A stretch of DNA of 63,986 nt, filler included, from Folioceros fuciformis (Eukaryota): assembly GCA_049999805.1 (NCBI GenBank). It is 14 parts of 14 records of this genome, joined end to end, with 100 filler letters (N's around TTAATTAATTAA, not from the genome) between each part and the next. Parts side by side here need not be neighbours in the genome. Positions count along the whole stretch, not along the records: positions 20,846 to 24,836 come from JBNGIO010002145.1; positions 24,937 to 29,213 come from JBNGIO010002146.1; positions 29,314 to 36,367 come from JBNGIO010002147.1; 11 more parts are not named here. One strand, 5' to 3'. Both the position numbers and the translations under genes were made by a program. Positions 23,421 through 34,464 of the stretch are shown piece by piece (the stretch's first letter is position 1; each line of letters opens with the position of its first letter). Under the pieces are notes generated by a model. That model did not search any database, was not told the DNA's origin, and saw only the letters and a program-made list of their open reading frames with translations.

Positions 23421-23450
23421 TTAGGATTAGGGTTAGGGTTAGGGTTAGGG
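23421..23450 (+). repeat. Short interstitial telomere-like repeat TTAGGA(TTAGGG)4
   Basis: Read directly from the sequence; lies in a GC-rich promoter-like region. Confidence 0.8.
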
Positions 23451-24630
23451 AGGAGAGCTTCTTCCAGGACGAGATGAAGTGAAGGAAGACGTCACCGGCA
23501 TTGAAAGATCGCAGGCATCGAGGGCGGGAGTGGCAGACGCCGCGGACAGACCGGAACGTGTGTTGGGAAGGGAGAGTAGTGTGTTGTGTGTATTTCCCCA
23601 AGTTCCCAGTGCCAAGTCCCCGAGACCAAGACCAAGTTTCCGGGTACGTGAAACGGGTGTGTGTGGGGTGCGGGCCCGGGCTGCTGCCGCGAGGGGCCCT
23701 TCCTTCGCTTGCACTACTACACTAGACAAGGGGCGTGGAAAGGTGTTCCGACTGGGGCCCCAGTCGGGGGCGGGACTCGAGCCCGCGCGTGCTCGTTGCA
23801 AGGGCTTGTCGCTAAGCCGAACTGCTATTCTCGCAGGGCAACGCCACAGTGTGCACCAAGTCTGCATGGCTGTAGGGCCAACAGGAGTACATAATGCGTA
23901 GCCCGGATGGGCGGGATCCAGTCGCGGGTGGCGGGTCGCGTGGCGCCTGTCCCCCCGCTCCCGCTCCCGCATTACGGCATTACCCTAAAGCCCAAATATA
24001 GCACACGCTCCACCTGCCTTGATGAGGAGCGAGGGGCGCGCGCGGAGAAAAGGGGGCTTTGGAACTTACCCACACAACAAAACCGGCACGCAACCCTTGG
24101 GAAATGCTTTCTTTTTTCCACCCTAATCCTCCCACTTGCATGCAGTAAACGAAGTCCCACCTCGGAGGGGGCCCCATTATGGCTCATAACTTGAGCCCCC
24201 CGGCCCGATTCGGGCCTCGTGCTCACAAACCGGCCGGCACTGCCTTGCTCATAAGGCGCCTGCACTCCCGTGGCAATAAATATACATACTTACTTACTTA
24301 CCTATGCTATGAATGTAAAAGGTGCGCAAATATGTAGCCTAACACGTGCTTTCACCCCGCCTCCCGGTTTATTTTAACATAATCTGCCGTCCTACTCACC
24401 AACCCGGGACCCCTTCAACCCGCGTCCCCCGCTGTGCTTCCCTTACCTTACGTACCCAATGTCAACACCAAAAGGCTGGAGACAACATGATCTCCTCACA
24501 GACGGCCAGGACTCGGACTCCGGGAGCCCTTTGTAGTAGGTAGGCACGTATGTATGTATGTATGTATGTGTGATTTTTTTATAAGGGCTACTCCGGATTC
24601 TCAGTTGGGTACCACTCTTTTTCGATCCTA

Positions 24631-24702
24631 TCGCGTTTGGTCGAGTGGTGAGGAACTTCCTCTCGGAAGTACAGATGCTGGAGTTCGATTCCCGGGAATG
24701 AG
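24631..24702 (+). ncRNA. tRNA-derived Pol III unit (SINE head or tRNA pseudogene)
   Basis: A box TGGTCGAGTGG (24638-24648) and B box GTTCGATTC (24683-24691) at canonical tRNA spacing. ACTTCC/GGAAGT stem at the anticodon position; acceptor stem does not pair well. Confidence 0.55.
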
Positions 24703-24936
24703 TAACAGAAAGCTTCGGAAAGCTGTGGATACTTACACCCACTGGGACTGCGCATGTCGGTATGACGCAAAGATTGGCGCCAGCGCCGGAACGGCCCGAT
24801 TCGGGCTGCGAAAGGAATGAAGGGGGAAGTAAATACNNNNNNNNNNNNNNNNNNNNNNNNNNNNNNNNNNNNNNNNNNNNTTAATTAATTAANNNNNNNN
24901 NNNNNNNNNNNNNNNNNNNNNNNNNNNNNNNNNNNN

Positions 24937-26265
24937 ACATTTGCTCCAGTTGTAAAATTTACAACTCTAAGGATGGTGTTAGCATTGGCAGCCCACCTGG
25001 ATTTAGATCTCGAGCAAATGGACGTGAAGACCGCCTTCCTACATGGCAAGCTGGAAGCGGAGATCTACATGCAATAGCCGGAGGGTTATGTGCAACAAGG
25101 AAAGGATCAACTAGTTTGTAGGTTGAACAAGACCTTGTACGGACTCAAACAGAGTCCGAGGGGATGGAACCAACGCATTGATGCATACCTGAAGAAGCTA
25201 GGCTTCAAGCAAGGGACAGCTGATCATGGGCTATACATGCTGAGAGAGGATGACAGGTTTCTCATCTTATTGCTGTACGTGGATGATCTTGTCTTGGCTG
25301 CCACTAAGGGAAGAAGTAGTCTGATGAGCAAAGTGAAAGATCTGTTAAAGCGTGAGTTCGAAATGACCGAACTTGGAGAGCTCACATGGTGCCTGGGCAT
25401 AGAAATTGCAAGGGACCGATCAGCCAGAAAGTTGTCAATTTGCTTGCGAAAATACATAAAAGAGGGCTTGAAAAGATTTAACCTGGCTGAAGCAAATGGG
25501 TGTGCAACTTCGCTTGCAACTGGTCTGAAGCTGACCAGGACTCTAGAACCATTGACACTTGAGGAAGTTGACGAATGGCAAAGACTCCGTATAGACATGC
25601 TGTGGGCACACTTATCTATCTTGCAAATGTAACAAGGCCAGATATTGCATTTGCTGTCAGCTTAGAGTCACAGTTTCTGGAGAACCCAAGTTCTGAGCAC
25701 TGGAGCCAGGTGAAACGCACCTTTAGATACCTGAAGTACACACCTACTCATGGGATAGTATATGCAGGCACAGAGGGAGGGAACCTTACCCTCGAAGGAT
25801 TTTGTGACTCGGATTGGGCTTCGGACCTGAACAACAGGAAATCACTGTCAGCATTCGTATTCATGCTAGCAGGGGGACCCGTCTCATGGTCAAGCAAGAA
25901 ACAGGCCACAATGTCCACCTCAAGCACTGAGGCCGAGTACAAGGCATTGACAGTAGCATCAAAAGAAACAATCTGGGCAAGGAGGAACTTAGCTGACGCT
26001 GGGGTGGCTCAGAAAGATGCAATAGTGGTGTATTGTGATAACCAAGGTGCAATTGCACTCACCAAGAATCCAGTATTCCACTCAAAAAACGAAGCATATA
26101 GAGATCCATCACCACTTTATAAGAGAAGTAGTAGCAGATGGAAAGATTGTTGTGACCTATATTTCTACAGCAGAAAACCCAGCCAACTTGCTCACCAAGG
26201 CCTTGTCTAAAGAGCTGCATACCAAACATGCAAAAAGACTAGGCATGACTGCCTGTGATCACTGA
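24937..26265 (+). mobile_element. Ty1/copia RT-RNase H remnant
   Basis: [58 protein letters not shown]. Confidence 0.96.
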
Positions 26266-26648
26266 AATGCACAACAGGCTGCAGGCTGCTGGACGTCAAT
26301 CACTCAGCGGCGCCTCGGCAAAGTAGAAGTTGCGTCTCACTCCTGGATCAGACTCATCATCGATGCTAACTCGCAGCAGGTAAGAGGCACCGTTGGGACA
26401 AGCTCAGATGCTGTGAAGTCGAAAAGGAGAGTGTTGCTTCAGTCTTGATTGCCTCTCAGACCAACGTAGCGGTGACCAAGTATGGTGGCGGGCAGTCCTG
26501 TTGCAGAGTACCATTCTAGGCGACTTCGAGCTCGGAGGTTAGAACATCAATCGTGACAAGAATGCAGGCAAGAAAGGCGATCAGTCGCGGGAGGTCTGGC
26601 AGCAGTCAAAGAGCGAGCGCCGCCATGGATAGATTAAGGCGTAAAGCT

Positions 26649-27030
26649 CAAGTGGGGGTGTTGGAAGGATGTTCGCTTTACCTAATTAGGCTATGTAGTT
26701 AAGTTAAATTTAAATATATATATATATATATATACATATTTTATCATAGGGCTACGAACGGCGATTAGTCGTTAGTAACTGCCATGTCTAGTGAACACCA
26801 CGCGAACGTCACTTGAATGCTAGTTCACTTGTTTGCACTCTAGCGTCGTGTATCTTTCCTAGCACAGTTGTGCGCTTAATGCAATCCTAATCGATGTTCA
26901 TAAACGACAAATCGTAGCCGCCATTAAGTCCAGTCTCAAGCAGTCAAGTGCTCTTCATTGCGAGCGGCATTAAGTCCAAGAAAGCATCTTCATCATATCT
27001 TAATTAAATATTATTCTAAGATGCAATGAA
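26649..27030 (+). mobile_element. Polypurine tract and start of copia 3' LTR (truncated)
   Basis: AAGTGGGGG followed by TGTTGGAAG at 26659; (TA)n inside. Confidence 0.75.
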
Positions 27031-27510
27031 TTCTAGCCTATCCTATTGTCGCGCTCACCTCCTATCTGGCCTTCGTGTACTCCTTCCCCGGCCGCCAAAT
27101 CCTCAAGCTCTTCGTCCTCTTCGCCGGTCAGGCAAATCCTCCCATAAAACCTCCACCTCACTCTCGCTGCCACCTGACTTCTCTTGTTGAGGGGTGGGTA
27201 GGGTCTGCCGAGGGGTTCTTCCCCCACCTTCTGGTCACCTGTTGTTGAGGACCGTCACAGGTTCTTGCTCCACCCATGACTGTGCTTCTTTCTCTATGAG
27301 TTTCTCCAAGACTGCCTCTGATTAACAGGGAGGCAATCCCCACACCCGGAAGCAGTGGGAGAAGCATCCCCCGCAATTCCTCAATTGCACGCAGTATGCC
27401 CTTAACCCTCCTATTTCCACACGCACATGGACAGTAAGGTTAAGTACACGGTCCCCATTCACATAGAGGCCAAGAATATAAGATTCCTCATTTAGATGCT
27501 GTAATACAAT

Positions 27511-28941
27511 CTAGCCTCCTATTGCAGATGAGTTGCTTACCCCCTCCTCTTGTGCATCTCTGGCTACCGCTGTTCCCATCCCCGTCCTCCATGTGCAGGT
27601 TGTCATTCCAACTCTTCCAGTTGCGGGTTCCGCTACCATTGCTGCTTCCTCAATCCTGGTGGGGCTATCCTCTACCGGGGTGGTCTCCCTCTGACCGGTA
27701 ACGGCTTGTGCTACCTCAATCGCGGACTTGCTGCTCCGTTTGACCTTCCCTTTCCTTTTTACTCGGCTCCAGGCCTCATCCCATTCTCGTTTGTAACGAT
27801 TCGCGAGCTTTTGGTCCTTCTCCACTGCAGCCGCCTCCTGCTCTTGTGCCCTGAACAGCTCCTGTTGCATTTCCTGGTTGGCTTCGTGGACCTCCTTAAC
27901 TTGAGTCAGGAGAAGTTCCTGCTGATCTTTCATGGCCTGCATTTCTTCCCAAGCCCAGCATACTTCCTCTTGTGCCTGTGCCTTTGCTGCACTCAAGGCT
28001 TGTCGGGCTTCCTCTAGTTCCTGCATAGCTCCCGCCTTACTTCCACTTCAGACAGCTTGGCCTGCACCTCCTCTTCTCTCTGTCCCTGATGCTCAGCCAA
28101 GTGAGTGCCCGTGCAGCTTGATCCAGCATATCCGCCTACGCCCAGACCCTGGCCGCTGTCAGGCCCGACAAATCCACCTGTTGGGGTGCGCCTCCAGTAG
28201 CCATTCCTTTGTCCAGGATCCCCCTCCCCAACAAGGTGCATACCCTGGCCAAGTCCTCCGCCAGTAAATTGCCACTAAGGGGGTGGCCTTGAAGATCTCT
28301 TCCCACCCTGGAAAGAGTTCTTCCCCCGGAGTCAGCCCTAACTTCCTTGCCACCTCAGCTGGTTTTGCCTCCTTAACTAGTGTCGATTCCTTGGGTTCGG
28401 CTGAGGGGGTGCTCGGTTGCCTATCCTCTGTTTTTCGGGCAGATTCCTGTAGCACCAAATCTGCTGCTGTCCTGATGACATGCACACTCACTTACCTCCT
28501 CTTTGCAGGGGTCTTCCGCCTAGCTCCTGCCTTCCGCTTCCTGCTGACCGACGCCTTCTCTTCCGAGCTCCCCGTCGCCCCGGACTCCCAGCTGCTAGAC
28601 TCTGCCTCCTCCTTGGGTTCTTTCAGCTTCCACTTGACCTCCCTGACAGGCTTCCACATGTGCAGGGAAGCCACAATCTCTAACTCTAGTAGACTGTTAG
28701 CATAAGAACACAAATGAACCAAGAAGGGTGAGATCAGAGACGGACAGGAGGTGGGAGAAGTCAGGTTATGCCTCTCCTCATTCAGTCGATCAAAAAGACA
28801 AATTTTCCACCAGTCAATCCTACTCCCCTTGACAACTTCATGCAGGAACAGCAGCATGTGGTCCAACAGGTAGTCTTGCTTCCTATGTTGCAAAAAACAC
28901 AGAAGCCACTTGGCAAGGCCCATGAGCTGGGTGGTCGCCAT
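27511..28941 (-). pseudogene. Ty3/gypsy-type accessory ORF (plant transposon-protein-like domain + coiled coil)
   Basis: EVVKGSRIDWWKICLFDRL...ISPFLVHL, then a coiled coil homologous to 19761-20745; stops and frameshifts. Confidence 0.6.
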
Positions 28942-30039
28942 CTCTCGTGCCAGCCAGCCATTGGCCTCCCTTCCTATCTGTAGATAGAAAAATGTTTAGA
29001 AATCCCCTCGCCAAGTGTGAGACTCGGTGGGTTTTTGTTTTTTTGACAAGATGGATGCGAAAGTAGCTTAAGTTATGAATGGGTTGGGGTATATATGCAC
29101 AAGACCTCCTTGGGTCTTGAAGTTTTAAGATAGACTAATAACTGGTCTGTGGATCAGATTGGGGCAAGTGTTACTTGGTCCTTGGGTCTCGATGTTTGAA
29201 TAAACTCTAGGAANNNNNNNNNNNNNNNNNNNNNNNNNNNNNNNNNNNNNNNNNNNNTTAATTAATTAANNNNNNNNNNNNNNNNNNNNNNNNNNNNNNN
29301 NNNNNNNNNNNNNACTCAAAGGTGCTGAGAATAATTAATCATATATGTATTTACTATTTCTATAAATTAACATTTCTACCTAAGGAACTTTTATAGCTGT
29401 TACCCCTTATTACAAACTTTACGTTTGAGGTTAGAGTACAAGATTCCATAGATTGAAATCTTTTGGGGAGGCTAAGGATTTAGCTAGTGAGAACTAGCTT
29501 TCCTTCATTAGAAACTAGAAAAATATACATGGGCCTAGCTAAGACATGGCCTAAAACGAAGGTAATCCAAAAGGGTTTTGGCTTGTGATAAGTTTTTTTT
29601 ACTACTTTGTTTTTCAATTGTAAAGAGCAATGGGTTGGGACTCTCAAATGTATCGAATTTGTCTCCATAATCTTAAGTATGTCATTGAAAAGTCTTAGCG
29701 ATAAGACTCTCTTACATCAATCCTAAGTATAGGATTGTAAAGTCTTATCACTCTAGCTCTCTCAATAGTCTCGAATATGAGATTGTAGAGTCTTAACAAT
29801 TAGGCTCCCCCAACTATTTCAACACTTAAGCTCTCCTAGCATTCTGGAGTATGGAACTACAAAGTCTCAGTAGTTGTTGGCATTCACTTGCCTCTAGAAG
29901 AGATTTTTTTCGCAATCGAAAGGAATTACAACTTGAAATTGAACGTAGTGACCAACCTAATCTACAGTGTTTAGTGTTGTCAGTGTTGACTTTGACACGA
30001 GTTGAAGAATCGCTAGAGGAGCTCCTTTGCAATATAGAG

Positions 30040-30145
30040 TGAGATTGGCTGAGACACTGAGAGTGTGACCTCTCTTTCTCCTTTCCTCCTTGCCTCCTCT
30101 TCTTCTCCTTCACCATGTAGCTCCTCTAACGATCCTTTAGTAGTT
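30040..30145 (+). mobile_element. Fragment of copia LTR family C
   Basis: Reverse complement matches ~58955-59050 (AAGGATCG..AGAGGAGC.ACATGGTGAAGGAG...AGAAAGAGAGGTC). Confidence 0.65.
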
Positions 30146-30302
30146 AGGAGGTTTTAAAGCATACCATTGAATTGCACAAGAAAGCATTGAGCCATTCGAA
30201 ACGCTATTTGTAACAAAACTACTAAAGATAGTGACCCATGGCTTCAGCTAGCAACATGCTCCAAGTGTGATTTGAGGGTATTGCTTTGTTAACTAAAACG
30301 CA

Positions 30303-30439
30303 AAGACTAAAATTCTAGGTCAATTAAAACTTGAAGACTAAAATTCGAGATCAACTAAAACTCGAAGACTAAAATTCGAGGTCAACTAAAACTTGAAGAC
30401 TAAAATTCTAGGTCAACTAAAACTCAAAGACTAAAATTT
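30303..30439. repeat. 31-bp tandem repeat, ~4.4 copies
   Basis: AAGACTAAAATTC(T/G)AGGTCAACTAAAACT(C/T)G units. Confidence 0.9.
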
Positions 30440-31752
30440 TAGCTACATCATCTCGCAACTTTCATGTAAATGTGAGTAAAGAGGAGGACGATACTCATAA
30501 CACTTCTAATATTAGCCATATTTGAGACAATCTCAATATCATTTGTACTCGAAACAATATTATCAAGTATACTTTAAACACCCTAACCTCACACGACACT
30601 ACGGTTCAAAAGGCAAAAGCAATTTAGGAATCTTGTGACTTAGCTAGATTCTAACTTCATCAACTGAATTTAGTTTGGGATCCAACTATCACCTCTTGTT
30701 GCCGTGATATGAGATTTAGGGTTTAGAATTTACAGAAAACTAGTAACCGGGGTAAGCAAGAGAAAGGAAAAGAATAAAATTATTCCCTATGCGAAAAAAA
30801 GAAAGACCGTAAATCAAAATTGGAGAAACTTTGGGAGAACCAATTGATCGAGGAAGGTCAACGGAAGAAAAGAGAAAATTTATACTATTACGAAGATAGA
30901 GAATTAACCTTATCGAATATAAAAATTGAAAAAATAAATAAATATAAAATTTATTCTTTATTCAAGCTCTATTTGCATCCAAACTATTTGGACAGCCAAG
31001 CTATGCAACCAATTAATTACTACCATGACTACTTGAGTAATTTTTTCTTAGCCCTCAAATTTAATAATCCAAAATCCTTATGAATATATATGTGTGATTT
31101 AATCCATGACATTCCCTATCAATAGAAGGGTGAGGAACATAGTAGGTAATTTTAATTTTATCTTTTATTTTTAAATAAAAAATCTAATTCCAACAGTTTC
31201 CTTAATGGAACTTCTTCAAGCACTTTAAATCAGTCCTAATTAGCGGGCGGACAATACCTATTCTCTTTAAAATTATTATATAATTTAGTGCTTATAACCA
31301 TTAAGATATAACGGTTTAACGATTTCTAACTTCTTGAGGAATCTTCTGGTGCCCAAGGAAAGGATAGAAGTATGATTTGTGGAACTCATATGTATCGGCT
31401 AATCCTAGGATAAATTACTAGTTGAGAGAGTGTTTGAGAAGAAAAAATTAGGTGCAATGACTATGACTAGTGAGTAGTTAGATAAGTTTAGAGTATTAAT
31501 TTGATGTACCAAAAACCAGCTAGTTTGAAACTCCTAACATTTGATGACCTATAGAGCATGCAAATATGGATCAAGAATGAAAACTAATTTCTCATAGAAT
31601 ATTTTCTGAGCAAATTAAGCACTTCGAGTGTAGACAATGTTATTGGATGACTGAGCCCTATGATTTTTTTTCCAGTAATATAAAAAAATTATTTAATTTA
31701 ATTTAAAATATTTGTATAAGTAAACTCATTCATTACCCTACCCAACCTCATT

Positions 31753-32757
31753 TCAAGGAGTAAAGATGATCTCATGTAGAAGCTTTGTGAAATAGTTCAT
31801 AGGATCTTTTGATATAACCGACATCTCTGAATAAAACTCATGGTACATATCCTTATATCTTGTCTCATCTATGCGAGTTTTGAAGTGTAAAATATTTAAG
31901 AATTCAGCTCTCTTAGAATTTGAACTAATTTGTTCTCTGTCATGGAATACTAGGTAGTGTTGCATTCTAGCCAGTAAATCAGTTCTTTTGCACAAGAGGA
32001 TTCTCATTCTATCCACTAAATGAAGTCCATCAGAATCCACATCATTCCACATCTCATCATTGTCGTCATCATCATCATCATCATCATTGTTGTCATCATC
32101 ATCATCCTTATGAAAGTTTTTGTCATTGTCCATGTAGTTGTAGATGCACTCGCAGAAGTTGTAGTCAAACTCAATATACTTCCAATTCATGCATTGGCAG
32201 TTGTAGTAATTTGTAACTTTGCCATCTGCAGGCTTCATGTGACTCTCCTCCAAACACTTCAATTTAGCATGAGTATTGTCCTCCTTGTGACTCTCATCCA
32301 TATCCTTTAATTTTGCATTAATACTCTCTTCGTTGTGGTTCTCATCCAGATGCTTTAGTTCTGCATCAGCATCATCCTCCTTGTGGCTCTCGTCTAGGCA
32401 CTTCAATTTTACATCATCCTCATTGTTCCTCTCATTCAGATGCTTCAATTCTATGTCACTTGCATCCGCAATACGACTCTCGTGCAAATGCTTCAGTTTT
32501 GCATCACTATCGTCGTTGTGATTCTCGTCTAGACATTTTAAATTACCATTGTCCATAGGATTCTCGAGCACCTTCTCCTCGTTCGTATCATTTTCACTTT
32601 CACATCCCTTCTTACTATCATTACGATGATTAAGAATTGCACTAATTTTTTGCTCCCTTGTTGAAGCATCAAAATTCATTGTGGAGAATGGAGAAGCCAA
32701 CTTGTCCATAACTTTGGAATAAGGAATGAACACCTCCTTACTTGAAGGAAAGATCAA
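31753..32757 (-). CDS. Orphan acidic protein with ~7 internal 15-16 aa repeats and a poly-Asp tract
   Basis: Uninterrupted 334-codon ORF in AT-rich DNA; (K/E)LK(C/H)LDE(S/N)H.E(D)D..A repeats. Start uncertain (no ATG at the 5' end). Confidence 0.5.
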   Translation of the reverse strand: MIFPSSKEVFIPYSKVMDKLASPFSTMNFDASTREQKISAILNHRNDSKKGCESENDTNEEKVLENPMDNGNLKCLDENHNDDSDAKLKHLHESRIADASDIELKHLNERNNEDDVKLKCLDESHKEDDADAELKHLDENHNEESINAKLKDMDESHKEDNTHAKLKCLEESHMKPADGKVTNYYNCQCMNWKYIEFDYNFCECIYNYMDNDKNFHKDDDDDNNDDDDDDDDNDEMWNDVDSDGLHLVDRMRILLCKRTDLLARMQHYLVFHDREQISSNSKRAEFLNILHFKTRIDETRYKDMYHEFYSEMSVISKDPMNYFTKLLHEIIFTP

Positions 32758-33164
32758 TACTACAACTTGGCTTGTAATTTTGTTGCTCCAAATATGAACA
32801 CAAGAAAATATTATACCGTGCCTTGAGAGGTAATATAGCCTTTCAATCCTTGGTCTTTGAAGCCGGTCCTTGATTCAGCTTGTCACTTTATCTTGACTTG
32901 TTGAGCTCTGATACTGTTTTATATATCTTGGAATATGGATGATTCACATATATAGACTAAGTGTTGAACAATAAACCCATGATAACATTGATATGCTCTC
33001 ACATTATATAGTCTATGAATCCTTGGTCTTTGAAAAGAATCCAATCCTCATGTCCTTGGCCTTTGGTCCTTTAACTCAAGTATAATGCACTTCAATGCTT
33101 TCATATTATCCAAGCATGTGGGTAGACCTAACCTCACCCCTACCTAGGAGATTATATTTGCATC

Positions 33165-33180
33165 TTAGGGTTTAGGGTTT
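33165..33180 (+). promoter_or_regulatory. Telo-boxes upstream of the ribosome-biogenesis gene
   Basis: TTAGGGTTTAGGGTTT about 170 bp upstream of the ATG; telo-boxes are typical of plant translation/ribosome genes. Confidence 0.5.
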
Positions 33181-33347
33181 AAATTGCCCTCTTCAGGTTT
33201 CGTTCTATCTTTGGGGTAGCTAAGGTTTCTATATCTTTTTCAATCACATATATCACTTTGAATGTTGGGCAAGAAAAGCTGGTATGCATCTATGGTAGGT
33301 ATTTCAGGTACAGAGGCCTCACCCGGGTAGAGATAGGTTTAGACTCG

Positions 33348-34313
33348 ATGGCTGCCGCGGGCGGCGGAGGTAAGACTGTGAGGAGTAGAGTGGACGACGA
33401 GCGTATCTCGAAGGCTGTAGATTCTCTGCTGAGATGGCTGGAGTCACAGAAATCGGGAGAGAAGGCGCAGCTGGTTGAGGATGACGAGCTCCTGTATGTT
33501 GTGGTGTCGATGAAAAAAGTACCGCAGGTGGCGCACACCAATCCGCATGCAATTCCACTGCCTCACCCGCTCATTCCCCTGGATGGTTCGAAAGAAATCT
33601 GCCTCTTTGTGAGCGATCGGAAGACGGGTCTGAAGCAGAAGGAAGCCAAGGACAGGGTTGCGCAGGAAGGAATACCTATTCAGAAGGTGGTAGCGCTGTC
33701 CAAGATGAAGAAGGACTACTTCGCGTTCGAGGCCAAGAGGAAGCTGTGTGGCTCGTACGACTTGTTCTTGGCGGATGATAGGATTCTCTCTGAGCTTCCC
33801 AAGTGCCTCGGTAGGACTTTCTTCAAGAAGAAGAAGCATCCTATTCCGGTGCGGTTGTCCAGGGGACAATGGAAAGAGCACATCAGGGCCGCGTGTGGCT
33901 CCGCCTTTTTCTATTTGGCGAGGGGGACGTGCAGTGTCATCAAGGCTGCCAAAGCGTCGCAGTCTAGGGATGAGATCAGGGACAACATACGAGCTGTTGT
34001 GGAAGGGGTAGCTCAGCTTATTCCTAAGAAGTGGTCCAACATCCAGTCCATTTTTTTGAAGACGTTGGGGTCCGTATCCCTTCCTTTGTATCAGGCAGGT
34101 CCGGACTTCCCATTGAAGATACAGGCCGTCAAGAAGTCCGAGTGCGAGGATTTGGATGCCCCGACGGAGGACTCGTCGCAGGAGAGCAAGTTGAAGGAGA
34201 AGAGGAGGGAGGGGAGCCAGTTGAGGGACAGCCAGGCCGCAAAGGACGTTGTGCTTTCGAAGAAAAGAAAGCAAGTTGATAGTTTTCGAGTGTCGAAGAA
34301 GAGTCGAACATGA
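33348..34313 (+). CDS. RSL1D1: Ribosomal protein L1p/L10e-domain protein (RSL1D1/CSIG/Cic1-like), intronless CDS
   Basis: IPLPHPL..EICLFV..KVVALSKMKKDY.AFEAKRKLCGSYDLFLADDRI...LGRTFFKKKKHPIPV...KKWSNIQSIFLKT..SVSLPLY; basic tail. Confidence 0.92.
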   Translation: MAAAGGGGKTVRSRVDDERISKAVDSLLRWLESQKSGEKAQLVEDDELLYVVVSMKKVPQVAHTNPHAIPLPHPLIPLDGSKEICLFVSDRKTGLKQKEAKDRVAQEGIPIQKVVALSKMKKDYFAFEAKRKLCGSYDLFLADDRILSELPKCLGRTFFKKKKHPIPVRLSRGQWKEHIRAACGSAFFYLARGTCSVIKAAKASQSRDEIRDNIRAVVEGVAQLIPKKWSNIQSIFLKTLGSVSLPLYQAGPDFPLKIQAVKKSECEDLDAPTEDSSQESKLKEKRREGSQLRDSQAAKDVVLSKKRKQVDSFRVSKKSRT

Positions 34314-34464
34314 TTCAAAATTGTGGGGGACGATCGGGTGGACTCTTACGTGCCGTTTTTTTTGTGAGTGGTTGTGTTTGGTGGAGACTCGGCTGCAAAG
34401 GGGTGCCTCATGTGCCGCGTCTTTTGAGGCGAGGCACAAGGCCCAAAAGTCTGCGGGACCATTA

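Noticed and set aside
20846-24270. Dense overlapping ORFs
   Set aside because: Expected in GC-rich low-complexity DNA; the translations are repeat-derived.
24631-24702. Functional tRNA gene
   Set aside because: Acceptor and T stems pair poorly and the anticodon loop is not 7 nt.
30303-30439. 31-bp repeats as a possible CRISPR array
   Set aside because: Head-to-tail with no spacers; a minisatellite.
33444-34439. 331-aa ORF on the - strand
   Set aside because: Antisense shadow of the GC-rich RSL1D1-like CDS.
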